This document shows positions 1 to 14,930 of a DNA stretch of 64,000 nucleotides, piece after piece. The stretch is taken from the NCBI RefSeq assembly GCF_009914755.1, contig NC_060928.1. One strand, given 5' to 3'. The notes under the pieces are model-generated. The model was not told where the DNA came from, did no database searches, and saw only the letters and a program-made list of their open reading frames with translations. How positions within the stretch are numbered: the stretch's first letter is position 1; each line of letters starts with the position of its first letter. Source of the DNA: the human T2T-CHM13v2.0 reference genome, Homo sapiens. A program made the position numbers and the translations under genes.

Positions 1-345
1 ATTTTAAGCAGGAAAATAACTTGGTTGTTTTTTTCCTCTTGCTTTAAAAAGATCATTCTAGCTGAAACATAGAAAATGGATTGAAAGTTTTTAGAGTTGA
101 CACTTGAGATCAGCTAAGAGACTGCTAAGTTATCCACTGAGAAAGAATGGTAGCTTGAACTCTGATCGCAGCAGTAGAGATGGAGAAAAGTGGACGGATC
201 AGAGACATCTTTGGATTTAGAATAATCAGAAGGTACCATGCTATGAAGAAAATGTGAGGTGAAAAAAAGAAGTGTTTATTCTCAATTTCCTTCTTTGAAC
301 GGTCTATGTATAGCGGTGTCATTTACTGAAATGGGCCTGCCTTAG
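1..345 (-). mobile_element. L2 LINE fragment
   Basis: Decayed antisense L2 motifs (TTTAAAAAGATCATTCTAGCTG, GGTAGCTTGAAC, AGATGGAGAAAAGTGGACGGAT). Confidence 0.65.
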
Positions 346-957
346 TGAAGTATAGATCTTTTTCTTTTCATTTTTCCCTTTTTTTGTTGTTGTTGTTTTA
401 GAAGTTATGAAAATCCTTGATGTGCACTGCATGATTCTGGCTTCACTGGGCACACTGTGCTTTGTTCTCCCTCCACTTTCCAAAATTACTTTATGTGAAA
501 TTTAGAATAACATATATCCTATATATTAACTATAGAAAAATATGAAAATAAATTTATTGGTCGAGTAGTCCTGTCAATTTAATGACTATTGATAAAAAGA
601 AAGATAAGACATTACTCAAAGCACTACTACTTCCTATTTTATTGGATGGAGTTTACATAGATACATTGCATAATCATAAAGCAACTAAGTTTCCTAAACA
701 TGTGTGGATCCCTTCATATTCTAAGGAAGGCTTAAACTAAGGAGACAGAGTTCTTGCACACCGGGAAGCATACCTCGAGAAAGATGATATGTACACAAAA
801 TAATCAATATGCACAATTTATGCAGTATTATATATTGTGCATATATATGATAGGTACACAAATATTGCATATACATTTAGATGACACATACATAAATATT
901 CTGTATATTTAGATTCAATAGTTGGTACATACACAGATACTGCATATATTTTGTTAA

Positions 958-1388
<431 letters not shown>

Positions 1389-2048
1389 AAACTAGATGTT
1401 TGAATAGAGAGGTTAGCATTTGAGGAAGCACGTAAGGGATTTGTGTGATTGTGAGATGGAAATAAGAGAAAAGAGAGGCAAAAGGAACAAAACAAATGAT
1501 GAGTCAAAATTTTAAAAAATGAATTTTATGTCCAGATTACAAGTATCCTAGTTTGGCTGAACCATAAGTGATTTTGGGGAAGAATGTGTGGCTAGGCATG
1601 AAGGATATTAACAATGCTAAGAATTTTGGCATTATGCTACGTGCAACAAACTCATTGAAGATTCTTAAGCATTTCAAACATTTTTCAAAATATTTTTCAG
1701 TGGTTATACATTTTAAATAGGTACTTTTTGTTTTCTACCTTTTATATGTTTTCTATCCTGCAATTTTCTATTGCTTTAACCATAATCTTATAATTTATTC
1801 TCTTTTTACTTTATGTGCTCCTTTGCTTGTCTCACTTTCTTTCCCTCTGTGTGTGTTTCTTTCCCACATACACTTTAGGATTAAAAAATTACAGGTGTTA
1901 TAAAAATCAATATAGTTGAATAATTACAGATGATATAAAAATCAATATGAATAAATGATGGATTGACTTTTAAAAATAGCAACTATGAAACTCAAATCAA
2001 TTAATAGAGTGCACAGCCTACTCCAAAGGACAAATAAGAGTGTATTCA

Positions 2049-2327
2049 GGCTGGGCGCGGTGGCTCACGCCTGTAATCCCAGCACTTTGGGAGGCCGAGG
2101 TGGGCGGATCACAAGGTCAGGAGATCGAGACCATCCTGGCTAACACGGTGAAACCCCATCTCTACTAAAAAATACAAAAAATTAGCCGGGCGAGGTGGCG
2201 GGCACCTGTAGTCCCAGCTACTCAAAAGGCTGAGGCAGGAGAATGGCGTGAACCTGCGAGGCGGAGCCTGCAGTGAGCCGAGATCGCGCCACTGCACTCC
2301 AACCTGGGCGACAGCGAGACTCCGTCT

Positions 2328-2358
<31 letters not shown>
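2049..2358 (+). mobile_element. AluY (AluYe-like)
   Basis: Full length with a pure A30 tail and perfect TSD AAGAGTGTATTCAG (2036-2049, 2357-2370). Variants GGGCGAGGTGG, GGAGCCTGCAG and GACAGCGAGAC are ones I recall from AluYe. Confidence 0.95.
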
Positions 2359-2361
<3 letters not shown>

Positions 2362-2500
2362 TGTATTCAGCATATTTATTGAGTAATTAGAAATGAAAAT
2401 AACGTTTATAGCCAGTGTACTTAGTAAATGGATTATTTGAAAAATAAGTGAAGACTTTAAATACTGTAAAAGGAAAGCAGATAATAGAATGTAGCCATTT

Positions 2501-2811
2501 GGGGACAGTAAGGAACCATGATGCTTCCTGCCTCTAATCTCAGTGGTTTTAGAGGCCAAGGCAGGAGAATTGCTTGAGGTAAGGAGTTTGAGACCAGCCT
2601 GGACAACATAGTGAGACTCTGCCTCAACAAAAAATTAAAAATTAGATGGGCATGGTGGTGCATGCCTGTAGTTCTAGCTACTGTGCAGGCTGAGGGAGGA
2701 GGATCGCTGGAGCTCAGGAGTTGGAGGTTACAGTGAGCTAGGATTGTACCGTGGCGCTCTGGCCTGGGCAACAAAGCAAGACCCTATCTCTAGAAAAATA
2801 GAAATAAAAAA
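2501..2811 (+). mobile_element. AluJ
   Basis: Diverged dimer with GGAGGATCGCTGGAGCTCAGGAG and GTGAGCTAGGAT. TSD GTAGCCATTT on both sides. Confidence 0.9.
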
Positions 2812-3714
2812 GTAGCCATTTTCATGTTGTTATGAAACCTAGTTAGAGCTCTTCTTTCTTTTACTGTCTGCTCCTGTTTTAGTAATCTCTAAACAGCTTA
2901 TTAATTATATATTTTCTTATGTATTTTAATACCCTACTGATGAGTTGATGATATATTTCTATTTCTTATCTCAATCTGAAAGTTCTGGGTAAAATCTTTT
3001 GTGCAATTATTTAGCAACTTATAGAGTCATTATATGATCCAGACACCCCAGGTTAGAATTCAGTTTTTATTTTCCCACCTCTGTTGTTTGGGAGTAGTTC
3101 CTAAGGCAACAAGAAGGAAGTAGTCAGCATATAGGAGGAGAATTAGTAAAAATGAAAATCACAATACACACATGGTCTGAGAAGTTTGCTTTTTGTCTAA
3201 TAGGATATAACTTTATTTATATTGTTTTGGTAATTCTTAAGCAAATATGCCACTTTGAAATGAACATTTAATAAAAATTCATTTACTGAGATGTGTAGTG
3301 ACATACGTGAAGTAATTGAGTAATGATAAAAGAAAGAAAATCATATTGGAGCATCTTTAAGATTTTCCTTGGATAATGAATAGGTATTACCTCCAGATAG
3401 AAGAAATGATTTAACCCATTTTGGAGAAACATTATCAGAGTTTATCTAGATATTTTACAAAATTATTTTATCCCCCCAAACTCACAGCTGTTTCTGTCTC
3501 TTCTTTCACAGTGATAGCACATTATTTGAACAGAATGAGAATATTTACTTGTCTTTCTTAGTTGAATGACACATTTGATTACTGTTCACTTATCTTGTCT
3601 ACCAGCTCCATTGAGCAAAGAAAGGGTACAAATAGATATCATTTTATATTCTCAACCATACATAAATATTTTTATATTCATGTAACACTGAACTAATAGT
3701 AATATATATGTTTA

Positions 3715-3870
3715 CTTAGTATGTGTGTATATATATATACACATGTGTATATATATGTGTGTATATATATGTACACATATATACACATGTGTATATATAT
3801 ACACACACATATATGTGTGTGTATATATACACACACATATATATGTGTATATATATACACACATACTAAG
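3715..3870. repeat. Compound (TA/TG/CA)n microsatellite with inverted-repeat ends
   Basis: About 150 bp of alternating purine-pyrimidine sequence. The first 23 nt are the exact reverse complement of the last 23 nt. Confidence 0.95.
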
Positions 3871-4049
3871 GCATGCTAATCGTGAAGAAATGTTACTTCT
3901 ATGATATGACTTTCATAGTTTATTTGTGTGTTCTTCAAGGTTGCCCTTTGAAGCCATCGTGAATATGTCATTCAATGATATCAATGACTACATTAGTACT
4001 AAAAATAACTTGAGGCTGATTTTTTAAAAAATTGATTTCTATTGAGATG

Positions 4050-4270
4050 TCACATGGTGTAATGTAAAGTGAATGGGCTTTGGAGCAAAAAGACTTAAAC
4101 TGGCACTGTAACTTATTAGCACTGTGGCATTTGGTTCCAAGCCTTGGTTTTCTCATCTGCTAATGAGAAAAGCAGGACCTAACTTATAAAATTGTTATAA
4201 GAATTAGAGATAATAACTGTTTGAACAGCGCCTGACAAATATATCATAAGCATTAAACAACTTGCTATTT
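4050..4270 (+). mobile_element. MIR SINE
   Basis: ATGGGCTTTGGAG near the start and a core-like GCCTTGGTTTTCTCATCTGCTAATGAG. Confidence 0.75.
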
Positions 4271-4657
4271 GAGTTCTATTTTCTTTTTTTAAAAAATTAT
4301 TATTATACTTTAAGTTCTGGGATACATGTGCAGAACATGCAAGTATGTTACATGGTGGTTTGCTGCACCCATCAACCTGTAATCTGCATTAGGCTTTTCT
4401 TCTAATGCTGTTCCTCCGCTAGCCCCTCAACCCCCAACAGGCTGCAGTGTGTGATGTTCCCCTCCCTGTGTGCATGTGTTCTCATTGTTCAACTCCTACT
4501 TATGAGTAAGAATATGTAGTGTTTGGTTTTCTGTTCCTGTGTTTGTTTGCTGAGAATGATGGTTTCCAGGTTCATCCAAGACCCTGCAAAGGACATGAAC
4601 TCATCCTTTTTTATGGCTGCATAGTATTCCATGGTGTATATGTGACACATTTTCTTT

Positions 4658-5831
<1,174 letters not shown>

Positions 5832-7429
5832 TTATCCAGTCTATCACTGATAGGCATTTGGGTTGGTTCCAAGTCTTTGCTATTGTGAACAGTGCTGCAA
5901 TAAACATACATGTGCATGTGTCTTCATAGTAGAATGATTTATAATCCTTTGTGTATACATCCAGTAATGTGATTGCTAGGTCAAATGGTATTTCTAGTTC
6001 TAGATCCTTGAGGAATCGCCACACTGTCTTCCACAATGGTTGAACTAATTTACACTCGCACCAACAGTGTAAAAGTGTTCCTGTTTCTCCACATCCTCTC
6101 CAGCATCTGTTGTTTCCTGACTTTTTAATGATTGCCATTCTAACTGGCGTGAGATGGTATCTCATTGTGGCTTTTATTTGCATTTCTCTAATGACCAATG
6201 ATGATGAGCTTTTTTTCATACATTTGTTGGCCACATTAATGTTTTCTTTTGAACAGTGTCTGTTCATATCCTTTGCCCATGTTTTGATGGGGTTGTTTGT
6301 TTTTATCTTGTAAATTTGTTTAAGTTCCTTCTAGATTCTGGATATTAGCCCTTTCTCAGATGGATAGATTGCAAAAATTTTCTGCCATTCTGTAGGTTTC
6401 CTGTTCATTCTGGTGATAGTTTTTTTTTTGCTGTGCAGAAGCTCTTTATTTTAATTCGATCCCATTTGTCAATTTTGGCTTTTGTTGCCATTGCTTTTGG
6501 TGTGTTAGTCATGAAGTCTTTGCCCATGCCTATGTCCTGTATGGTATTGCCTAGGTTTTCTTCTAGGGTTTTTATGGTTTTAGGCTTCACGTGTAAGTCT
6601 TTAATTGATCTTGAGTTAATTTTTGTAGAAAGTGTAAGGAAGCGGTCCAGTTTCAGTTTTCTGCATATGGCTAGCCAGTTTTCCCAACACCATTTATTCA
6701 ATAGGGAACCCTTTCCCCATTGCTTGTTTTTGTCAGGTTTGTCAAAGATCAGATGGTTGTAGATGTGTGACATTACTTCTGAGGCCTCTGTTCTGTTCCA
6801 TTGATCTATATATCTGTTTTGGTACCAGTACCATGCTGTTTTGGTTACTGTAGCCTTATAGCATAGTTTGAAGTCAGATAGTGTGATGCCTCAAGCTTTG
6901 TTCTTTTTGCTTAGGATTGTCTGGCTATACGGGCTGTTCTTTTCTTCTCTTTTGGTTCCGTTAGAAATTTAAAGTAGTTTTTTTCCAATTCTGTGAAGAA
7001 AGTCAATGGTAGCTTGATGGGTATAGCACTGAATCTATAAATTACTTTGGGCAGTATGACCATTTTCGTCATATTGTTTCTTCCTATCCATGAGAAGGAC
7101 TCCTCCCTAAATCATTTTATGAGGCCAGCATCATCTTGATACCAAAACCTGGCAGAGACACAATAAAGAAAGAAAATTTCAGGCCAATATCCCTGATGAA
7201 CATCAATGCAAACATCCTCAATAAAATACTGGTAAACTGAATCCAGCAGCACATCAAAAAGTATATCCAGCACGATCAAGTCGGCTTCATCCCTGGGATG
7301 CAAGGTTGGTTCAACATACTCAAATCAATAAATGTAATCCATCACATAAACAGAACCAATGAAAAAGTCACATGATTATCTCAGATGCAGAAAATGCCTT
7401 CGACAAAATTCAACATCCCTTCATGCTAA

Positions 7430-7633
<204 letters not shown>

Positions 7634-7719
7634 TAGGAAAGAGGAAGTCAAATTGCCTCAGTTTTCAGATGACATGATTGTATATTTAGAAAATGCCATC
7701 ATCTCAGCCCCAAATCTTC

Positions 7720-8018
7720 TTTTTTTTTTTTTTTTTGAGTTGGAGTCTTGCTCTGTAACCAAGGCTGGAGTGCAGTGGCGCGATCTCGGCTCACTGCAGC
7801 CTCCACTCCTGGGTTCATGCCATTCTCCTGCCTCAGCCTCCTGAGTAGCTGGGACTACAGGCACCCACCACCACGCCCGGCTAATTTTTTTTGTATTTTT
7901 AGTAGAGACAGGGTTTCACTGTGTTAGCCAGGATGGTCTCTATCTCCTGACCTCATGATCCGCCTGACTCGGCCTCCCAAAGTGCTGGGATTACAGGAGT
8001 GAGCCACCGCGCCCGGCC
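7720..8018 (-). mobile_element. AluY-like element inside the inverted L1 segment
   Basis: TSD TCAGCCCCAAATCTTC (7704-7719, 8020-8035). Contains GGTTCATGCCATTCTC and TTAGCCAGGATGGTCTC. Confidence 0.93.
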
Positions 8019-9389
8019 TTCAGCCCCAAATCTTCATAAGCTGATAAGCAACTTCAGCAAAGTCTCAGGATACAAAATCAATGTGCAAAAATCACAAGCA
8101 TTTCTATACACCAGTAATAGACAAACAAAGAGCCAAATCATGAGTGAACTCCCATTCACAATTTCTACAAAGGGAATAAAATATCTGGGAATCCAACTTA
8201 TGAGGGATGTGAAAGACCTCTTCATGGAGAACTACAAACCACTGCTCAAGGAAATCAGAGAGGACACAAACAAATGGAGTTCTGTTTTCATTAGATGTGT
8301 CTTGGGAACGACTGTATCACATAGATTCAGAATTTCTTGAGCTGGGAGGGTTTTAGAAACTATGAGGTACAGAACAATTTGGTAAAGAGGTTTGTAAGCT
8401 GCTTCAACTTAAGCCACATGGGAATCTTGTAATTTGGTACATTTCAGACAGAGACTAAGACTCAGATATCTTCTTTTTTTTTGAGATGGGATATATTTAA
8501 ATAAATATTTTATATTTAAAATACATAATTTAAATAATTCCCAATGAAAAATACCAAAAAAAAAAAAAAAAAGTGATAAACAGGGCTGGCTGCATAGACA
8601 GGATATTCCACTCCCCTGAGGGAATATCCATCAAGTAGACCAAAGCAATCATTTCTAGGGGGGAGTAAAAATTAAGCCAAAGGAAGTGCCACAAAATTTA
8701 ATACCTGTTGGTTTGTGTAAATACATTTTTTAAATGTGCATTTATTTTAAATATAAAAAAATTTATTATGACAAACCGTAAATTCATACATCAGATTTTC
8801 ACAAAAAATATACTCATTGATATTTATAAAATATACTCAATATTTTATAAAAGCAATCATATCATTAGGCCTCTTTTCATGCCTTTAATATTGTGTTTTG
8901 TAATAGATTAGGTAGGGTATTATATAATTCAAAGAACGCATTCGCTCAAGGCCTTTGGGAAGTTGATATCTAGCTTTCCAAGAATTCACACTAGAAGACT
9001 GGTCCATTTTATTGATTCTTGCTGATAGATGAAAACCTGATTTGCTGTACAACCTAATTCTTTGAGTCCCATGTTGGGACATATTTAGTACATATTTGCT
9101 TTGCTTTGTGACAACCAATATGTCTATATAAGAATATTCTAAAAATTATTTTATTCAATCTGTGAATATTATCAAATAAAACTAGGATTGCTTTAGAAAG
9201 TTTTGAACATATCTGTTTTACCAAACTTTTATTCCAAAGTTTAAAAGGCAACAGAATGCATAAAAAACGATGAATAACATTACCGTTCCATTATATCTCC
9301 ATCTTTTTTAAAGCTATCTCTAAGGTATTAGTTGTGGGTATAGGGATATCCTTAGAGAAAGAAGCTTAGAGGAAAGAGAGTGAACTTAG

Positions 9390-9640
9390 CTGTCAGAATC
9401 GATCTATGAAGGTGTTTTCTGAAATGACAAATTCAAACTGGCTTGAATAATATGTAATTTATTATTTGTGTAGCAAGAGTCCACATGAAAGGTGGGCTTC
9501 AGTGTTGGTAGTTTCATTGATTCAACAATGTAGGCAAGGACTTAGACCATTTCAATCTCTGTGTTCTGTGATCTACAGTGTCAACTTCATTTTGGCTTCT
9601 CTTATTGCCATAAGATGACTTCAAATACACTTTAGAGCTA
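9390..9640 (-). mobile_element. Old MaLR LTR fragment (MLT1J/K-like)
   Basis: CAAACTGGCTTGAATAAT...AATTTATT...GGCTTCAG...CATAAGATGACT pattern. Confidence 0.45.
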
Positions 9641-9707
9641 TCCTAGCCTTTGATTAAATCCCATGGTAGTGTGAGACTGCCTATTCCTCTTACAAGGAAT
9701 AAACATT

Positions 9708-10490
<783 letters not shown>

Positions 10491-10495
<5 letters not shown>

Positions 10496-11670
10496 ATCCT
10501 TTTTGATAAATATATTTATAACTGGATTAATAGTAATGCTTAAGTGTAATTTGAAATGATCAGTTTCTGAGCCTTTTTAGTAAATATTAAAAATATCTAC
10601 TTATACAAGACATGACTTTCCACAGTTCTTATCAGTTTCTAAAAACATTTCTAGTAAGTCTCTTTTCCCATGAAATTAGTCAACATTGGTGTCTTAGCCC
10701 ATTTTGTGCTGCTATAACAGAGTGCCGTAGAGTGGATAATTTATAAAAAACAGAAATTCATTTCCTCACAATTCAAGATCGAGGGATTGGCATTGTTGAA
10801 GAATGGCAAAAGGTAGAAGGACAAGGGGGCTGGGGTGAGAGAGAGAGTGTGTTTTAAAGGGAGCCGAACTGCCCCTTTTAAAGTGAAGCGAGTCCTGCGA
10901 TAATGGCATTAATCCATTCATTCCACCCTTGTGGCCTAATCACCTCATATTTGACTTCACTTCCCAACACTGTTGCATTGGGAATTAAGTTTCCAATACA
11001 TACAGTTGGGCAGACACATTCAAACCATAGCAGGTGAGTTCCATGTTTTTCCTAAACCATAGCAGTTAAGTCAGCAATAAGAATCAACCATAGTTAGAAG
11101 AGGCAGCCCTGTGCCTTGAGCTGAGGCCAATTCTTAGACTACAGTGCTATTACTCGTTATATAGAGGAAGAGTGGAATTAAATTTGGAGACTCAAATAAA
11201 ATATCAGGCAAAAATTCTATACCCAAATAATGATGGCATCTAGAAAGACTTTTGTACATGAAAAACATAGAGGTTAAAGCTTTTTTACTATGACAGTGAT
11301 ATAGATGGTGGGGCCAAACTCCAAAAAGGATATTATTTCCTTATGTATTTTAGCCAAAGTCAGCAGCACCTGTTTTAAGGAAATACGCTAAATGATCGTT
11401 ACACCACAACTCTCAATCTTGGTAGCATAAGATCTGCAACACATACATCACAGGTTGTTTGTATATCTTCTTTCAGGTAATTCCTAATTTATTTTTATAA
11501 TTTGTCCACTGACAGAAGAAACAATAAAAGTTCTCTTCAATTATTAGAATTGAAAAGAGGCAGATAAATCATCTTTTTTGATAAATCATCTTTATAACTG
11601 GATTTGTAGTAATTCTTAAGTATAATTTGAGATGATCAGTTTTTGTGCCTTTTTAGTAAATATTAAAAAT
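10491..11670 (+). repeat. Dispersed direct repeat of ~104 bp (10491-10594 and 11566-11670)
   Basis: AAATCATC.TTTTTGATAAAT...TTTATAACTGGATT...ATGATCAGTTT...GCCTTTTTAGTAAATATTAAAAAT occurs twice. Confidence 0.95.
10690..11032 (-). mobile_element. MaLR solo LTR (MST/MLT1A-like)
   Basis: TGTCTTAGCCCATTTTGTGCTGCTATAACAGA through ACATTCAAACCATAGCA, with TG...CA ends. Confidence 0.85.
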
Positions 11671-12147
11671 GTGTACAAAAAGTGAATTTCACAATTTTAG
11701 TATGTTAGCTAATTTCTAAGTCATACCCTCCATTTCTGTTTTTCACTAACAACTGACTTTAGTTTAACACCAGAGGATTTTCTTGAGAATGTTGAGAATT
11801 AATGTGACACTTGACATATAAATTTAGTATTTCAGTAAAGTAATATAGCATTGTAAAAAGCGGTTAACATGTTGGTCACAGAATTACAGAAATATCTCAA
11901 CTATGCTAATGCAAAATAGGCGCAACAAAAATTGCAATTTCTCAGAAGGAAGGAATAAAATACTTTTTATGAATCTTTAAAGGATGAAATGAAGATATAA
12001 AACTATCAATTTGTTAATATTGTCTTCTTTTTTGAATGGCATAAGATGTTTTAAGTGAAAGCCTATTAGAGAATTAAAATTACTGTGTGATACAAAGGCA
12101 AGAGTAGAATTTATTGAAAAATTTTGTGACTACTGAAAATTGGTACA

Positions 12148-12973
12148 CTTCTCCAGAGAAGATACATGTATGACCAACAAGATTGTGAAAAGATGCTCAA
12201 CATATTGGTCCTTAAAGAAATATGAGTCAAAATCATGATGATATACTACTTGACAGCCCCTAGCATGAATATAATTTTTAAATGTAGGAAACAAGTGTTG
12301 TCAGGAATGTGGAGAAATCGCTGTTGGGGCTGTGAAATGTTTCAGCCACTGTAGAGAAAAGTTTAGCAGTTCTCCAAGATGGTAAACACAGAATTACCAT
12401 ATGGCCCAGGAATTTCCCTTTAAAGTATACTAGAAAGAATAAAAAATTGGAAATCAAACAACTATTTGTGCACCTGCACTAATCACAATAGTCAAAGAGT
12501 GGAAGCAGCTCAATGTCTACCATCAGATAAATGGATAAACAAATTGTGATATATACAGACAATGGTATATTATTCAACCATAGAAAGAAATGAAGTACAG
12601 ATACATGCTACAATGTGTATGTATCATCCTGGAGGATGAACCTCGAGGACATTTTGCTAGGTCATAGAAACTAAACACAAAAGGTCATATACTATATCAT
12701 TTCATTTATATGAAATATGAACAATAGGTAGATCCACAGACACAGAATAAAGGTAGGTGGCTGCCGGTGGCTAGGGGGTTAAAAGAATATGGAGTAACTG
12801 ATTAATGTGTATACGTTTCCTTTTGGGGTGAAGAAAATGTTTTGGAAATAGAGATGATGATTGTACAACATTGAAAATACACTAAAAGCCACTGAGTTCC
12901 TTACTTTAAAATGGTTACGTTACATGAATTTTGCCTCAATCAAAAATAAATAAAGTTCGATATTTGTTTTTTT
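12148..12973 (+). mobile_element. L1MB-like 3' end
   Basis: ORF2 end plus 3'UTR ending GAATTTTGCCTCAATCAAAAATAAA. TSD AAAATTGGTACA at 12136-12147 and 12974-12985. Confidence 0.85.
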
Positions 12974-14394
12974 AAAATTGGTACATTGCCCACTAAGTAG
13001 AATATTCACTAGAATATGCATGTAACTTAAAGTTTATTTTAACCTAAATATTAGTCACAAGTCATATATAGATGAATATCATAATTTTATCATGTAAAAT
13101 GCCTAGTTGCTGATTACAAAATTGTAAAGTTTAATTTTTAATTTACAACCTTTTATATTAAGCAAAACATAACAGTTTCATGATATTTATATATTTCTAT
13201 TTTTCTATCATGGTAATGAAATTTTAAAAAAATCCAGTGTGGAACATAAGACTTCAGCATCTATCAGGGTAAATGTTTATTTGTTAGTAAAGATGCTTTG
13301 GGAGTCTATTTTTAAATGATTGGACATATGTTTTCAAATACATTAAAACCTCATTCTCCAGGACCACCTAGTCTATTCAACTGAAGAGCTATTGCTTAAA
13401 GCCAGCTTTCCGTAAAAATTAAATATTTAATTATCTAACTACCCTCTCGAGACAATCAAAATAGCTCAAATTCATTAGTGTTCATTACAGTTTTTTTAAA
13501 TACATGCCAACTATATTTCAAAAGACTTCATTTTTTGACTTAAGGACATTCAGAGTTGCTATCAAAAGTTTGCAGTGTTTGTCCCCCTTAACCTTTGCAG
13601 TGACAATTTCAAATGAAGAAAATAACCTCTATCTGTCTTATTCAGGCACATTTTTAGGGGCTAAAAGTTCATTTTTGACATATTCATTCACTAAGGATAA
13701 TGGATATCTCTGTTGGCCTTTGATAATTATGGTTATGTGGCCTTAATAGGGATAATGAATTATTTAAAACTATTATGCTGTTTCTTAAAATTTAGGAGAC
13801 AAATATCACTTCCAAGTACTCTTCTGAGTGTTGAAGGTTATGTTTGTCCTGTTTGGGTTACTTACATTAGTGGAATGTTTTCAATGTAAAACTCATTCTT
13901 TATTACCACCAAGACACAATGTCAAGTACTTTTCCTTCACTGCTATTTGTTAGAACATATTATCTGATTCTGTATTTTCTTCCTCATATACAAAGTCATT
14001 ACAGAGGTGGGCTGGTGGCTTAGGCCAGTTCATCATTCAGAAAATAAAGCTGTTTTTTCTACATAATCATTGAGATAAGTAGTGACTGCTGAGGCTGATG
14101 GTATCTTAAATCATTGATCATTCGTTGGGGAAGTAGTTGTATATGCCTATTATGTGTCAGAAATTGATGATATAAAGAACAGGTTTGGCCATAACGCATA
14201 CAAATTCTATTCAACATAAAGTCTAATGTTCACAAATTGTTTCATGCTCTCCAAGAGAAGAAGAAAGTTCTCAAGTTCCCTAATGTTGTCCAAAATGAAA
14301 TACAAAAGGGAAAATATTTGCAAAAGGCAGGTTCACTAATATTTGTACATCTGTACAGAAATTCCCACCATGAAAAGCTTCCGTACACATATTT

Positions 14395-14930
14395 GAGCAT
14401 TTATTTGTTCAGTGAGTATATGTTGAGCAACTACCAGGCCACAGGCACAGTACTAAACAGTGGGGACACAGTGGAGAACAAAAGTGACACGGCGTCTGCT
14501 CTCTTGGATGTTCAGGTGAAATGAGGAGAGAGTCATGGGGACGCCAACTGCACCGAATATTGCTAACAGAAAACATAAATAAATATAAAATGCTTGAAAT
14601 GGTCTGAAGGCAAATTACAGGGTGTGCTAAGGCAGTGTTTTAGGAGATCTAATTTAGATTACACTATCTGGGAAGCCATCTCTGAGCAAATGATAGTGAG
14701 GCAGTCGCCAAAGGGTAAAGAGGACTCTCCTGGGTGAAGGGTGGTGGGTGGAGCATTTCCCATAGGCAGTGTGAGGAGCAGCAGCAGGAAGCTCTGCTGA
14801 GGGAAGAGTGTAGGGACTCAGAGATCCTCCTGAGGAAATGACAGAAAGCAACTTTGCTAGAGTGTAGTGAGCAACACAGGACAGTGTACAAGTGGTGCAA
14901 GGAACTGAGCAAGTTAGAAAGTACCAGGCC
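14395..14930 (-). mobile_element. L2 fragment
   Basis: ATGTTGAGCAACTACC...AGGCACAGTACTAAAC...GGGGACACAGTGGAGAACAA matches the antisense L2 3' end. Confidence 0.75.

Noticed and set aside
8484-9303. AGATGGGATATA ... TATATCTCCATCT as terminal inverted repeats, or 8885-9251 as a retrocopy
   Set aside because: The match is short and gapped with no TSD, and the ORFs resemble no protein I recognise.
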